Origin: Protoeuglena noctilucae
Lineage: Eukaryota
Assembly: GCA_958009085.1 (NCBI GenBank)
Contig: OY253682.1
Coordinates: 434,001-498,000 of the forward strand
Reading direction: 5' to 3'
Length of the DNA stretch: 64,000 nucleotides
Every line of letters starts with the position of its first letter. The first letter of the stretch is position 1. Positions 12,723 through 25,820 of the stretch are shown here, in pieces. The notes beneath the pieces are model-generated. The model had not been told where the DNA came from. It saw nothing but the letters and a program-made list of their open reading frames with translations, and did not search any database. The position numbers and the translations under genes are program-made.

Positions 12723-15608
12723 TCATGCCCCGTGAACCACTCTATTCGCAGACTCTCGGCCGCCGTCCGCGCGCTCAGCCACCCCTGCGCCGTGCATGCG
12801 CACAAACTCCCGCAGGCTCGTGCGCCCGACCGCCGCTCCAAACAGCGTGCTTGAGCCATGAGAGACGACCTCGACCGCGACGTAATCCCCCGGTGACAAA
12901 TCCACGATCGGGCCCGCGCCCCCGGCCCATCCCCGGTACTGCGCAAGCGAGGGCAGGGGCGGAAACGTTGGCTTTGGAAAGAGGTACGAGCACGGGCGAC
13001 AACACACCAAGTGCAGGACTTCTGCCGCTCCGCACCTCTGCCTGGGCTACCGATCCATCCAGCACGACGCGCTGGTTGCCGCAAGCCCTCCCCGTGAGTC
13101 GGGACGCGTCTCGCTTGGATGGACCCTTGATCAACACCAAGTGCCGCCGGCCGATCTCTGCAGCGCCCCGGCGCTCCAAGGCTTCCCTGCACGCGATATG
13201 GTGGGCAGGGCGGGGGCTCAGGGCGGTGCCGGAGCAACCTCCTGCAAGCCACGAGTACTGCAGTGTCCCTCGCCTTTGCACCGCCATCATTTCTCGGAGC
13301 CTTCGGGCTTTCACGTCCTGCGGGACGTCGTCCTCGTAGTGCCGCGCCGCGTACGTCTTGTCCCTCTTGCTGTACGCAAACATGAACGCCTGGCTGTAGC
13401 CTACACGCGCCAGCAGATTCAGGGACGCCTGCGTCAGTCAGAGAGACAAGACACACATGGCTACCCATACGCACCCAAGCACCGGCGTCACTGACATCCA
13501 CTGCAAGCGGCGGCCTCGGCATTCGTTTGTTCCCGGTGCCCCTCATCTGCCATCATCCACCCCCCAACTGCGACGCCCGCGCTGCAGCAGCCCACCCTGG
13601 CGTTGCTGCCCTCCCCCGCACCTGGTGCTCTTCTTCCGTCTCCCCACAGAATCCCACGATCATGTCAGTGCTGATGCTCGCGAAAGGGATGCGTCCTTGG
13701 ATCCTCTCCACAAGCGCATCGTAAGCTTCCCGGGTGTACCCCCGACGCATGCGCTCTAGCACCGTCGTGCTGCCAGACTGCGGTGGCCGGGCGCAGCGAT
13801 AGCAGTGCATATCATATCGGCCGGCCCGCACCCCCCCGGGAAGCCACAGCGCACTCGCACTTGCATTGGCTGCAGTTGCCAGCCTGGCAGATGCCCGCCA
13901 TCTCACCTGTGCCGGCATGTGAATCCAGGACGTCACGTTGGGGCGCTCTCGGATGACGTCGAGTACATCATCTGAAAAGTCTTTGGGATGCGGGGATGTG
14001 AATCGCACCCGCATCTCTGGGTCCACCTCTGACACTGCAACAAGCCAGAAACCACGGGACTTGTCACTGATGGAGCAAATGAAGGCAGCTCCCTGGCGCA
14101 TTGCCTTTGGGCTCCCCTCAGCGCACCTCGGTGGAACAACTCTGCAAAGGGCACCGCCCCAGCCCTCCTTGGCTTGTAGACGGACTTGAATCCCGCTGCA
14201 TATACCGCGAATGGATCATTCTCCTCCCCAATGCCACGCCCGCTCGGCCCCGCCTCAGCGCGCCCGTCGGCGGAGGTGAGAGTCGCCCTGCCCTCCGGCA
14301 CATACGCGTAGCTGTTGACGTTCTGTCCCAGCAAGGTCACCTCCTTGTATCCCTGGTCGGACAGAGCCCGCACCTCGTCCAATATGCTGCGGGGATCAAT
14401 GGGCCATTAGTTGCCCATGTGGCTTGCCAGCAGAGCAGAGCCAGGACTGTTGCAGCGGGGAGTTGGCTCCCCGCCTCGCCCACCTCTGCACGGGTCGCGA
14501 TCGCTCGCGGCCGCGAGTGAAGGGCACCACGCAGAAGGCGCACATGTTGTTGCAGCCCCGTGTGATGGACACGAACGCGTCCACGCTCGATCCCGCCCGC
14601 ACCGGCACCACGTCTGCATAAGTCTCGTCCAAGCTCAGCTGCACGTTCACGGCCGCGCGGGGACGCTCCCCCGGCGGCGCGCTGACCGCATCCAGCAAAC
14701 GCGGGAGGTCCCTGCCAGGGAACACAGGCCGTGCGTTGTCCGCGCCAGTGCCGCAGCTGCCAGCCTGCCACACGCACAAGGCGCGCCGCCCACCTGTAAG
14801 CGTCCGGACCCACCACCACGTCCACGAGCTTCTCTCGGTCCAGCACACGCTCCCTCAGCCTCTCTGCCATGCACCCCAGCAAGCCCACCACTGGCCCCCG
14901 GCCTCGCCCCCCAGTCGCCCCCACGCCCCGCTGATTAAAATGACCATCTGCTCCGACACTTGGCGCGGCCGTCGATGCGTCCGTGGTGCCGCGCCGCGGA
15001 CTGTCACCCCTGCTGCCCTTGCCAGAGACGCGGCCACGCAGGGACGCCAGGCGACCCCACACGCGCTCCTCCGCGCTCTCGCGGATGGCGCACGTGTTGA
15101 TCAGCACCACGTCCGCTCCCAGCTCGTCCCTCGTCTCCGTGTAGCCAGCGTCCCGCAGAATCGCCCGGACGACTTCTGCGCGAAGCGAAGGGGGCCTTGC
15201 TCGATGCCCTGTGGCATCTCGTCTAGCCGCTGGCGCCTGAGCTGGATGGCGCGCCGGCAATGTTTCGCGTAAAACGTCGGTTCTAGCCTCACCCGTGTCG
15301 TTGACGTTCATCTGGCAGCCGTATGTCTCGATGAACACCGAGCGTGAGGGCGAGCGTGGCGCCGATGTCGGCGAAGGCAGGCCGGAAGCAGTCGCAGGCG
15401 TCGCATTTAAATCCATTGGACCGCGAAGGAAGTCGGAGAGGGTCAGCCCATCCTCGGGGAGCCGGCCGTGGCTCGTTGTTCGGGCGTCAGAGACGCTCCG
15501 TCTAGCAGGGGGCTCCTGGGCGCGCAGGCTGCATGTCGCACGTCCAAGAAGCGTATCCTGATAGTGCCATGCCCTGCGCAGCCTCCTGCACGCGGCGAGG
15601 GAACCCAT
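12723..15608 (-). CDS. CDK5RAP1: tRNA methylthiotransferase MiaB/CDK5RAP1 (UPF0004 + radical SAM + TRAM), probably organelle-targeted
   Basis: [52 protein letters not shown] (CxxxCxxC), [45 protein letters not shown]. Arg/Ser-rich N-terminal extension. Confidence 0.95.
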
Positions 15609-16050
15609 CCTCGTCGCGCAGCCCGCCAGCGCCCTTCCAAAGGCCCGATTCCGCCGCCGTCTTCTAGGGCCCCATCAGCATGGACAGCAGGCGATCTGTG
15701 ACTGTCAACGAGCATGCGTACAATGCTTGGTTGGGCTCGGGCAGGGGTCAGCGCACCGGCAGCTGCAGCACAAGCCTGGTTGCGCAATTGCTTGCCTCCC
15801 CACCAGCAGGGCGGCACATGCGAGGTGAGCCTTTGTGTGTCCACGCGTCCACGCGCTTCTTCACCGCCCTCGCCGTCCTGAAGGGTGTGCGCTGCAGCGA
15901 GCAAGGCGGCGTTGGCGCCCCTCCGCTACGTTCCTAGGTATTGGCCTGCTCGTTGGTTTTGTCCAAGCTTGAGGTCACGCACTCGACGAAGGAGGGGCTT
16001 GCCACGGGCGTTCGCGGCAGCCTCTGGGCGGGGCGGCCGCGGGGCCGAGA

Positions 16051-17727
16051 ATGGGCCCCAAGGCCAAGGACAAGACCCCGAAGAGGCGGCCCAGCGGTGA
16101 AGAGGAGCGAGATGTCGACAGTATCGGGGAGCGCACTCGCCACATCAAGAACAAGATGCGCCGTTCGGAGGTGCGTGCTGGGGGGGGACGCACAGGCCGG
16201 CCCGCTGCGGGCCGTGGAATGCGAGGCGCGGGTTGCTTGGAACCCGTATGTGTCGCTGGTACCCCCGCAGGTCTATCTGAAGCTCAAGACGGACTTGAAG
16301 AAGCAGAAGCGCCAGGCACGCAACCAGCGCAAGGAGGAGCGGGAGAGGTGGGGCCCGCCCGCGTCGCCAGTGTATGGAAGAATCGACAATGCTGCGAACG
16401 CGACTTCCAGGACATCCCTTCCCGCAGGGCCGAGGAGCTTGGCCAGGAGCCGCCCCCGCGCCTCGTGCAGCGCACCATTGACAACACACGCAAGGCGGAC
16501 GAGACGGTCGTGCGACCTGGGGATGACGAGGTCGAGGCGGAGGATGCCCAGGACGAGTTTGCCGAGCACTTCTCGTGCGCGCACCCGCCCAAAGGTGAGG
16601 CGCCCCGAGTGGCGGCGCATGACCACGCCTGCCCCTGCCATGGCAGTGGCGAGTCCTGCCTTCTCTCGTGCCCCCAGTGATGGTGACCACCAATCGTCGC
16701 TGCTCTCGCGCGATGTTCGCCTTCCTGGCGGAGTTTATGGAGGCGCTGCCCTGTGCGCACTTCTGCGAGCGTAGGGGCTTCGAGATCAAGAAAATCGTGC
16801 AGTTCGCGAACAATGAGGTGAGCTTAAAGAGGGACGTACCGTATGGCGATGCAAAGGACGCGCAGGCATGCCACGATAGGGGTCCAGCACAACGAAACAG
16901 ATCATTGCTTTGCATCAGTGCCATGCAAGCAAAGTCGCGATTCCCCCGCGCCCCAGAACTTTTCCGACATCCTGATCTTCAACGAAGATCGCAAGAAGGT
17001 GGACGGGGTGATGCACATCCACCTGCCGGACGGCCCGACTGCGCGGTATCGCCTCATCAGCCTCAAGCTGAGCAAGGACATCGCCAACTGCGGGCGGTCC
17101 ACGGAGCACAGGGTGAGCGGCGCAGGCGCATCCAGAAACCTTGTAGTTCAGTACCTGTCATGTGAGCTTGGGCACGATGGGTATGATGCTCTGTTGCACC
17201 GGCTCGAGCCCTTGGCTTGGCCCGAGAGGATGACCAATGCGTACACGTTAGCAGCAGTAGCATGACAACAATGCGCCCGGTTTTCCGCAGCCCGAGCTCA
17301 TCCTCAAAGGCTTCACTACGCGTCTGGGTCACCGTGTCGGGCGCATGTTCGCGTCCCTTTTCCACCAGAACCCAGAGTTCGTCGGCCGGCGCGTCGCCAC
17401 TTTCCACAACCAGCGGGACTTCATTTTCTTCCGGCACCACCGGTGAGTCGAGGCCATTAGCTAACATGACAGAGTTGTCGTGGTGTCTACAAATATTCAC
17501 GTTGCCTTGCATGCACCTGCAGGTACGTGTTTGAGGAGAAGGAGAAGAGGGACAAGCCGGGCGGGGAGAAGACCAAGCAAGTGGGCGCGAGGCTGCAGGA
17601 GCTGGGCCCGCGCTTCACCCTGCGGCTGCAATCACTGCAGAAGGGCACCTTCGACAGCCGGCACGGGGAGTTCGAATGGGTGCGCAAGAACGAGCTCGTG
17701 GACTCCAAAAAGCGCTTCTTCCTTTAA
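16051..17727 (+). CDS. RPF1: Ribosome production factor 1 (Brix domain)
   Basis: [111 protein letters not shown]...KRFFL*. Confidence 0.95.
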
Positions 17728-18102
17728 TCTGCTTGTTCACCTCTCCGTCTGTCTCCATGTTTCCTTCGCGAGAGCGCGGTGAGGCTGCTGCTCTCGCTGG
17801 CCCCAGTTGCAAGAGATGGGGCCTGCGTCGCCCCTGCTTAGCTGAACGGTATCACCGCGCGTCTAATTCAAAACCCCTTCAGCCAACAAAGCGTGCCATT
17901 GCACCCCAGCACCCCGACGCATCACCCCGGCCTTAAGCGCAATGGAGCCTCGGCTGCATGCCCTGCGACACCGCCGCTCAACCGTACCGCGCCCGTCCGA
18001 CACCCTCACCCACCCCGCGCGCGCTCCTCGGCTCAGACATGCCACCCTTGCAGCCCGCAGCCGTCGCGCCTCCCAGTAAACCGCTCGCCGGCCGTATGGC
18101 CC

Positions 18103-20660
18103 TCACTCCTCCTTCCGGTCGTAGAACTTGTCGAGCGTCTTGGCGGTGATGCGGCGGAGCATCTCGCGCGGGAAGAGGCGTAAGAGCTCCCAGCCCAGGT
18201 CGAGCGACTCGAAGATGCTGCGGCCCTCGGAGCCCTGGTGAACGAACCGAGACTCGAATTTGTCGAGGAACTCCAGGTACAGCAGATCCTCGCTCGACAG
18301 AGCCTCCTCGCCCACCACGGCCTTCATGGCAGACACGTCCTTGCCTGCAGGCCAAGGGATGGGGCGCCGTTGCCGTACGCACACGTGTGGGGCGAGGGCT
18401 CCCCGGTTGGCTCTCAGCGCTCGTGACGAGCAAGCGCATCGAGTGACACGACAATCACTACTAGACAACTGCGTGGCCCTCACCGATGGCGTAGTTGGCG
18501 TAGAGCTGGTTGGACACCTCCGAGTGGTCCTCCCGGGTCATGCCGTCACCGATGGCGGACTTCATGAGACGCGAGAGGGAGGGGAGCACGTTGATCGGGG
18601 GGAAGATCTGGCGGTTGTGGAGCTGACGGTCGATGAAGATCTGGCCCTCCGTGATGTAGCCCGTGAGATCGGGGATGGGGTGCGTGATGTCGTCGTTGGG
18701 CATCGTGAGGATGGGGATCTGCGTGATGGACCCCTCGCGGCCCTCGATACGCCCCGCGCGCTCGTAGATGGTCGACTGCAGGGCGAGGGACGGGCGCTGA
18801 CGCTCGCGGCGTGCGTGCAAGGACCACCGCTCGGCGCGGGGGCCTCGGTCGATGGGCCTATCCACAACTGCCCGCTGCACCCATGTCTTCGCGACTCACC
18901 AGATCCGTGTACATGTACCCGGGGTACCCGCGCCGGCCGGGCACCTCCTCGCGTGCGGCGGACACCTCACGGAGCGAGTCGGCGTACGACGACATGTCCG
19001 TGAGGATGACGAGCACGTGGAGGCCAAGGTCGTAAGCGAGGTACTCCGCGACCGTGAGGGCGATACGGGGCGTGACGATGCGCTCGATCGTGGGGTCGTT
19101 GGCCAGGTTGAGGAAGAGGCACGTGCGCTGGAGGGCGCCCGTCTGCTCAAACTCGCGGCGGAAGAAGTGAGCCGTCTCCATGTTGACACCCATGGCGCCG
19201 AACACCACGGCGAACTCCTCCTTCTTGCCCCCGTGCTGCATCACCAGGCCGGCGTTCTTCACAATGAGGGCGGCGATCTGCGCGGAGGGCGGAGGGACTG
19301 CGAGGTCACGTGCTGCTCCAGGCAGGCGCGACAGCAGAGCCTTCGAAACCAGGCGCGGTCCTTGTCTGCGGCAGCGCATACAGGGTCCGCGGGTGTGGTG
19401 TGTGACGAGCAGCGGCGCGTGTGCGGGGCCGCACCTCATTGTGCGGCAGACCGTTGGCAGAGAAGAGGGGGATCTTCTGCCCACGGGCGATGGAGTTCAT
19501 CACGTCGATGGTCGAAATACCCGTCTGGATCATCTCCTCGGGGTACGTGCGCTGCGGGGGATGGGATGGAGCGGTGACACGTGTGAGCGCCCCCGGGCAT
19601 GGAGTTGAGAAATGCTGCTGCACACACACGCGAGGAGTCTTCCGTGCATGCGCGAGAAGAAGAAACGAATGAAACGCAGCCGGCGAAGCGTGGGAAGCAG
19701 CGCGGGGCGGCCCGCTGCCACGGGAGCCTCGGAGCACAGGCGTCGGCGACCCTGCATGCCGGCAGGCTGCTTGCCAGTCGCGGCCAGGGCTGCCTCCGTC
19801 CCGGCGGCGCACGCAGATCGCGAAAAAACCACTTCCGCATGTTGCGGGGCGCGGCGGCTGGGCGCTTGCCTCGGAGGGGTTGATGGAGGCCCCGTTGATG
19901 TCGCGGAACGTCTCTGCCAGCACCGGCGGCCCCCCATCCACGGGCTTGCCCGACCCGTTGAAGACGCGGCCGAGCATATCGGCGGAGACGGGCGTCGTCA
20001 TGACGTCCCCGGTGAACTCGAGCTTGGTGGCGCGGTTGTCAATCCCGGAGGTGCCCTCGAACACCTGCACCACGGCCTTGTCCCCGTCCACCTCCAGCAC
20101 CTGCCCGCGCCGGGCCGACCCGTCGCCCAGACGAATGTTGACGATCTCCGCATACTTGGCATCCTTGACCTGCGCGGGTTCCGGGCGCGAGTCGCGTGTC
20201 GGGCCGGCCGGGAAGCGCGGGCGATCGCCCTCGGCAGAGACGAGGGCATCGCGCCGCCATGGCCGGCCCGCAACGCAATCGGGGCCCAGGATGGGCAGGT
20301 GTGGACACCATGCTCGCAGTCAAAGGCGCAAGCAGCGCCCCCGGCCGCCATCGCGGCGAGCGGGGGGGGTCTGGCCCCTCGCCAAACGCCCGCGTTTCTC
20401 CGCGGCCAGTGCGCGGGACGATGGGGAAGGACACGTAGCTCGCCGTGCAAGGACTCAAAGGGCGACGAGATGCGCTGCGCAGCCGCTGCTATCCAGCGGC
20501 GCGCGCGAGGGAGGTGCCCCACCTGCTCGAGGATGACCAGGGGGCCCGAGACACCGGCGATGGTGGAGTACTCGGTGCGTGGCTCCAGCTTGTAGCCCTT
20601 CTCGATGATATCCAGCGTGGCCATGGCCGCCTGGGCCTGGGCCATCGCGCTGGGCGACAT
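18103..20660 (-). CDS. VHA-B: V-type proton ATPase subunit B
   Basis: [135 protein letters not shown]. Confidence 0.98.
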
Positions 20661-20723
20661 CCTCTGGCCTTCTAGCGTGCTGTGAGAGGGAAGCACCGCG
20701 CGAGATGGACGCGCCGGACCAGC

Positions 20724-20736
20724 AGTATATAATAAG
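20724..20736 (-). promoter_or_regulatory. TATA-like element upstream of V-ATPase B
   Basis: Minus strand reads CTTATTATATACT about 65 nt upstream of the ATG, an AT island in very GC-rich sequence. Confidence 0.5.
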
Positions 20737-21166
20737 GCCGCCGGATGACTTGCGTGGCCGCCCGGGGGAGTGGCGAGCTGCAAGTGCGGTTTGGCGAGAG
20801 GGAGCGTGCGGGAGGGCGACCAAGGCGGCGCTTGAAGAAGTGCACCAGACGCCAGCTCAAACTCGACGCTAGGAAGACGCTGCGGCCCTGCATCTGGCCC
20901 CAGGGCGCGCACCGAGGGCTGTCAGACCTGACGTCAGGGAGCCTGGGCCTCAAACCACGCTTTGCGCCTCCAGACGACGGCCATACCGAGCGAAGAGACC
21001 CACCACAGGGACCGGCAGCCTCGAGTTAGTCCGCGGAGGCCAGGAAGTCACCGTGCAGGCACCCTCGCCACCGCTGGCCAGCAGTGGGGGAGTTCCGCCC
21101 ATCTCTCGACGCCCAGCTCGAGGAGGGCGATAGGGAGCGTTTGTGGCGTTGTTGGATTGGGCAGAA

Positions 21167-21606
21167 ATGGCCTCGGAGCAAACGAAGGCGTCCGACACCA
21201 AGGTGGGGTGCCGCACGCAGATCCCGTCTCCTCGGCTGCCTTCCTCGCTCGACGCGACCCCGCGCTCCATAGAGCTTGCCGTCATGATGACCGGCGAGTG
21301 CAAGTCCTTGACATCCCGGCCCCAGGTGGAGGAGGAGCTCACCCTGGAGGAGGACGACCTGTTCGAGGAGTTTGAGGACCAGGTGGTCGACGAAGTGGGG
21401 AAGGAGCAGCTGTGGCAGGTGTGTGGAAGGCGCGCGGGTGCTGCGCTGCCGCGGGTTGGGCGTGGATTAGGCGCAATTGGCTGTTTTCATTGACGCAATT
21501 GGTTGTTTTCACTGCGCCCCGCAAGCAGGCTACGTGGGAGGACGACGACACCCACGAGGACTTCGCGCAGCAGCTTAAGTTGGAATTGAGCCAGAACTCG
21601 CGATAG
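21167..21606 (+). CDS. DSS1: DSS1/SEM1 (proteasome lid/BRCA2 cofactor), 3 exons
   Basis: MASEQTKASDTK|VEEELTLEEDDLFEEFEDQ...QLWQ|ATWEDDDTHEDFAQQLKLELSQNSR*, showing the LEEDDxFEEF and WEDD..DFxxQL motifs. Confidence 0.92.
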
Positions 21607-21661
21607 GGTTGGGCGGAAAGCACGGCAGGTGCTGCCTGGGTCCCTGGCAGCCACGTCTGAC

Positions 21662-22909
21662 CTATGCCCTTCCCATTTTGCCACCCTTGGACTTCTTCGG
21701 CGCCCTGAAGTCCACTCCGTTCTTCTCCCAGTCCGGGCCCCAGTGCGCGTAGCTGGCCAGCAGCTTCCTGCGGCCAAAAGCACGGGGATGGTGCAGGCCA
21801 GTTGTGTGTGTTGAAGCGTGTGCAGAGTGGCCAGGCCAGCACATGCCGCTTTCCACCACTGCGCTTACCGCAGCTGCCCCGCCGAGTGCTGGTACGTGTT
21901 GATCTTGATGTCGCGGGCCATGGCCTCCACGCCGTCCTTGTGAGCGGCAATGAGGGCCTCCACGAGCTTTATTTGAGTGTCTGCAGGCGAGGAGCACGCC
22001 ACGTTAGCTGCAGGCGCATGCCGACGTAGCGGGCAGCCCAGCCACGCGTGGCTGCTGGTCTCACCCGTGAGCCGCTTCGGTGCCGCCTTCCCCGTCTTGC
22101 GCTCCTCCGCTCGGAGCGCCCGCACCTCGTCGTCGTCCATCCAATCCAGGTCCAAACCGCGCTCCTGCAAACACAATGCCGTCGGCATTTACAAGCAAGC
22201 ATCGGGGACAGTGCCGGTGTGACCTGCCAAAGTTGCATGCATCCCTGTGCCAATGCACTATGCATCCTGCCTCTGTGTAACATCACACCTTGGCAGCCTG
22301 CTGCGCCTCCTCGTCCTTCTTTTTGTAAAACCTCTGCCTCCCAAACTTGTCGTTCGTGTTCACAGCAAACCTGGGACCACGCAGATGGGTGAGTGAGAAG
22401 TAGCAGCCAAAAGCATGCAATGGCAAACTGGTGTGGAGGTAGCCGCAGTCATCCCCGCATGTCATTGGCGACTCCTTCGCGGCGGCTGCGCCCCACCCAT
22501 TGCGTCGGTAGTTCTCCTCCATCGTCCGCTCCTTGTTCCACTCCGCGTCGACCCCCAGCTTTTTCTTCACGGCATCTCCCTCGTTCAAAATCTCCTGCGG
22601 TACCTTGGCCTTCAGCACACCTGTCCGTTTCTTCTTCCGGGACACCTGCAGCAGGCGACGGCACAAGCACAAGTTGCTGCGGTCTCCCGAGGAGCGGGGG
22701 CTCCAGAAGCAGAGGAGACGCCTCGCTGATACCAAGTGTACATCGAATATAGTGAACCCATGACCTTGGAAAAAACGTTTGGGGCGCAAGCTCGGAGTGG
22801 GGCTCTAGACGGGCAGAGGCACTCGCCCCGCCGCGCAGGCCTGCGCTTCCAGAGACGCACGCACCTTCTGGATGCCTTTCCTACGTTTCAGCTTCGCCGT
22901 GACGCCCAT
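21662..22909 (-). CDS. NOP16: Nucleolar protein 16
   Basis: Basic N-terminus MGVTAKLKRRK, AEWNKERTMEENYRRNG, and C-terminal LVEALIAAHKDGVEAMARDIKINTYQHSAGQLR|KLL typical of Nop16. Confidence 0.85.
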
Positions 22910-23356
22910 GGTGTCCCACCGGGTCCGCGAGCGATGCGCCGGCGGGGAGGCTGGTGCGCAGACGCGAGCAACCCTAGCGACGAGCGGTGCCTTTTCCTCC
23001 CCAGCGTATCAGCACGCACGGCACACAACACCTCTGCAGATTGAGGGGTGTGGGGCGGCCGCTCGTTCCTCCTCGTGCCTGCCAGGAGCGGACTTCTGAC
23101 GGCGGCTGGGTTCTCCCCGCAGCGCAAGGACACAACCGACGATTCTGCGGTGGCTTCGGCCGAGTTTGCTGGTTCACGAGACCCCCGGCTGTGGGAGTGT
23201 CGCTGCTTGCATACCCGCCGCGCCTTTGCATTCACTCCGTTAGGGTCGGCGCGTCCCCTGCCGCGAGCGCTGCCCAAGTAGCGAGCCCGAAGAGGGCCGA
23301 GCGTAGGGGGCACATCGACAGAGCCGTGGACGGTGGCCGGCCTCGAAACAGCGCCC

Positions 23357-25764
23357 ATGCCGCGCAAGCCCGGCTCCAAGAGTGGGGCCAAGGGCAAGGG
23401 GTCGGGCAACGAGGCGAGCGCGGCCAAGAGCAGCGAAAAGAAGAAAGCCGTGTCGAAAGTGGAGGAGGTGCCGGCACAGCCACGGGTGAGGAACGCTTGC
23501 GCGGGTCGCCGGGGCGCTCTGCGTCTGGACTGCCGGCCAACGTGTCCCTGGCGCGTCTTCGCGAGACGAACGCGCGCGGCGGCGCCACGTACGTTGGCAA
23601 CATAGCGGTTTCTATTTGGTTTCGATCCCGCTGGCCACCGCCATGCGGTAGAGATCAGCGCCGCCCGTGGCTGCCCGTTACAGGTGTGGCGCCCTGGTGT
23701 CGACGAACTGGGGGAGGACGAGGAGCTCGAGTACGACCGCACGGCTTACTACTGCTTGCATCGCTTCCAGGTGCGGCCGGGCAGCCGCGGAACGGCCAGT
23801 GGGCGGTCATGCTTGCTCCAGGACACACCTCCTCGTAGTCCATCTGCTGCACGCTCCTGGCCCGCCTTCCCTGCAGGCCGAGTGGCCATGTCTCTCGTTC
23901 GACATCGTCCGCGATGATCTCGGCGCGCCGCGGACCCAGTTTCCGCACACGATGTACCTGGTGGCAGGGACACAGGCGGAGCGGTCTTCCCAAAACTACA
24001 TCGCGGTCATCGGGCTGCGCGGGATGGGCCAGGCCGGCCACGGTCCTCGACCCGAGCGCAGGAGACCTGCGGACCGGGGCAGGTGCGTGGCGCAAGGGGT
24101 CCGATACAGCGTGACGCCGTCACCGTACCATCGCTGATCCTCATGGCCCGTCCCAGCGCACTCCGCAGCGAGGCGAGCGACGATTCCTTGGATGAGTCGT
24201 CGTCGGAATCGGAGTCGGAGGCGGAGGAGGACCCTCCCGAGATGCGAGTGCGGCGCGTTGAGCATGCGGGGGGCGTAAACCGGGTGCGCTGCATGCCTCA
24301 GCGGCCCAACATGGTGGCCGTGTGGGGCGATGGGGGCAGGGTGAGCGTTTTTGACCTTTCGGACCAGCTCCGGGCGGTGGCGGGGGACGCGTACAAGGAG
24401 GCCAAGGGGGGGCCGCAGAAAGTGGCGCCCAAGCAGATCTTCGGGGGCCATTCGTCCGAGGGCTGGGCGCTCGACTGGTCGCCGGTGGCTGAGGGCAGGC
24501 TGGCGAGGTGAGCCGATGGCCCGCTGCGACCCCCGTAGCACGTGCCGCATGCCGGCGCGCACAGCACGTTGCGGAATCGTGCCTCGCCCTCCCCGCAGCG
24601 GGGACTGCCGCTCGCGGGTCTTCGTGTGGGAACCCAACGGGGCCGGCAAGTGGACCGTGGCTGGCAAGGCCTTCCAGGGCCACACGGCATCCGTGGAGGA
24701 CATCCAATGGTCCCCTGTGGAGCCCGGGGTGTTTATCACGTGCTCCGTGGATCAGGTGGGAGCCATCGCGCTGCCGTACCTGTGTCTCGCTGCTTGCCAG
24801 CGCGGATCGCGAGTGATGGTTCGGGGTGACTGGCCTGAATCTGTTGCTTGTTGGAACGGTTTGGCAGCGCTTGTATCGATGCGCACTTCAGAATCTACAT
24901 TTAATTCACGGCGTGCACGGCATCCGCAGACGATTCGCGTGTGGGACGCGGGGGCGCGGGACAAGCCGCAGATCACGGTCAAGGCGCACGACGCGGACGT
25001 GAACGTGCTTTCGTGGAATCGGCTGGCGACGCACATGCTGGCGTCCGGCGGGGACGAGGGCGCGCTCAGGATATGGGATCTCCGTATGTTCGCGGAGGGC
25101 AAGCCCGTTGCGGACTTCCGGTACCACGGGGGGCCCATCGGGGCCGTGGAGTGGGTGAGTGTGCGCGTCGTCCCATGGTCGGTCGCCGTCGTTACCGACT
25201 ACAATCGACAGAGCATATTAATCTCGCTTTCGCAAAGCGACGACATGCGAGCGTTCCTGACTGCAGTGCCCGTACGAGAGCTCCATGCTTGTCACGACGG
25301 GGGCGGACGGCCAGACGTGCGTGTGGGACATGGCGCTGGAGCGGGACGCGGAGGAGGAGGCCGCGCTGGGGCCGGAGCTGGGGGGGGAGAACAACGCGGA
25401 GCTCCCGAGCGACGTGCCCGCGCAGCTGCTGGTGAGAGGCGGGCGGGGAGTCGATGCAGCGGCGCTTGGCGTGTGGCTGCATGCTGCGCCACGCTGGGCC
25501 CCGGGAGCCGGCTCTGCGGGCCTTTCGGCACTGGTCAGGGCCCGCAGAATGCCGGACTGCCGTGCTTGATGCCATGGGACGCTTGCGGCGCGCTCGCTGG
25601 CTTGTGGCGAGGTGTCCAGGAACGTGAGTCCTGTTGTGCCTCTGCAGTTTGTCCACCTGGGTCAGCAGGACGTCAAGGAGGCGCACTGGCACTCCCAGAT
25701 CCCTGGGATGCTCGCGACAACGGCGCTGGACGGGTTTAACGCCTTCAAGCCATTCAACGTGTAA
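23357..25764 (+). CDS. GRWD1: Glutamate-rich WD40 protein GRWD1/Rrb1
   Basis: [113 protein letters not shown]. Confidence 0.95.
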
Positions 25765-25820
25765 CGGGGCCCGACGTTGCACTTAGCAGCCCGTCTCGTC
25801 ATGCGCGCCCGCCGCCGCTT

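Noticed and set aside
12723..15608. Radical SAM enzyme as a peptide-modifying maturase
   Set aside because: The domain layout is the standard MiaB/CDK5RAP1 tRNA methylthiotransferase.
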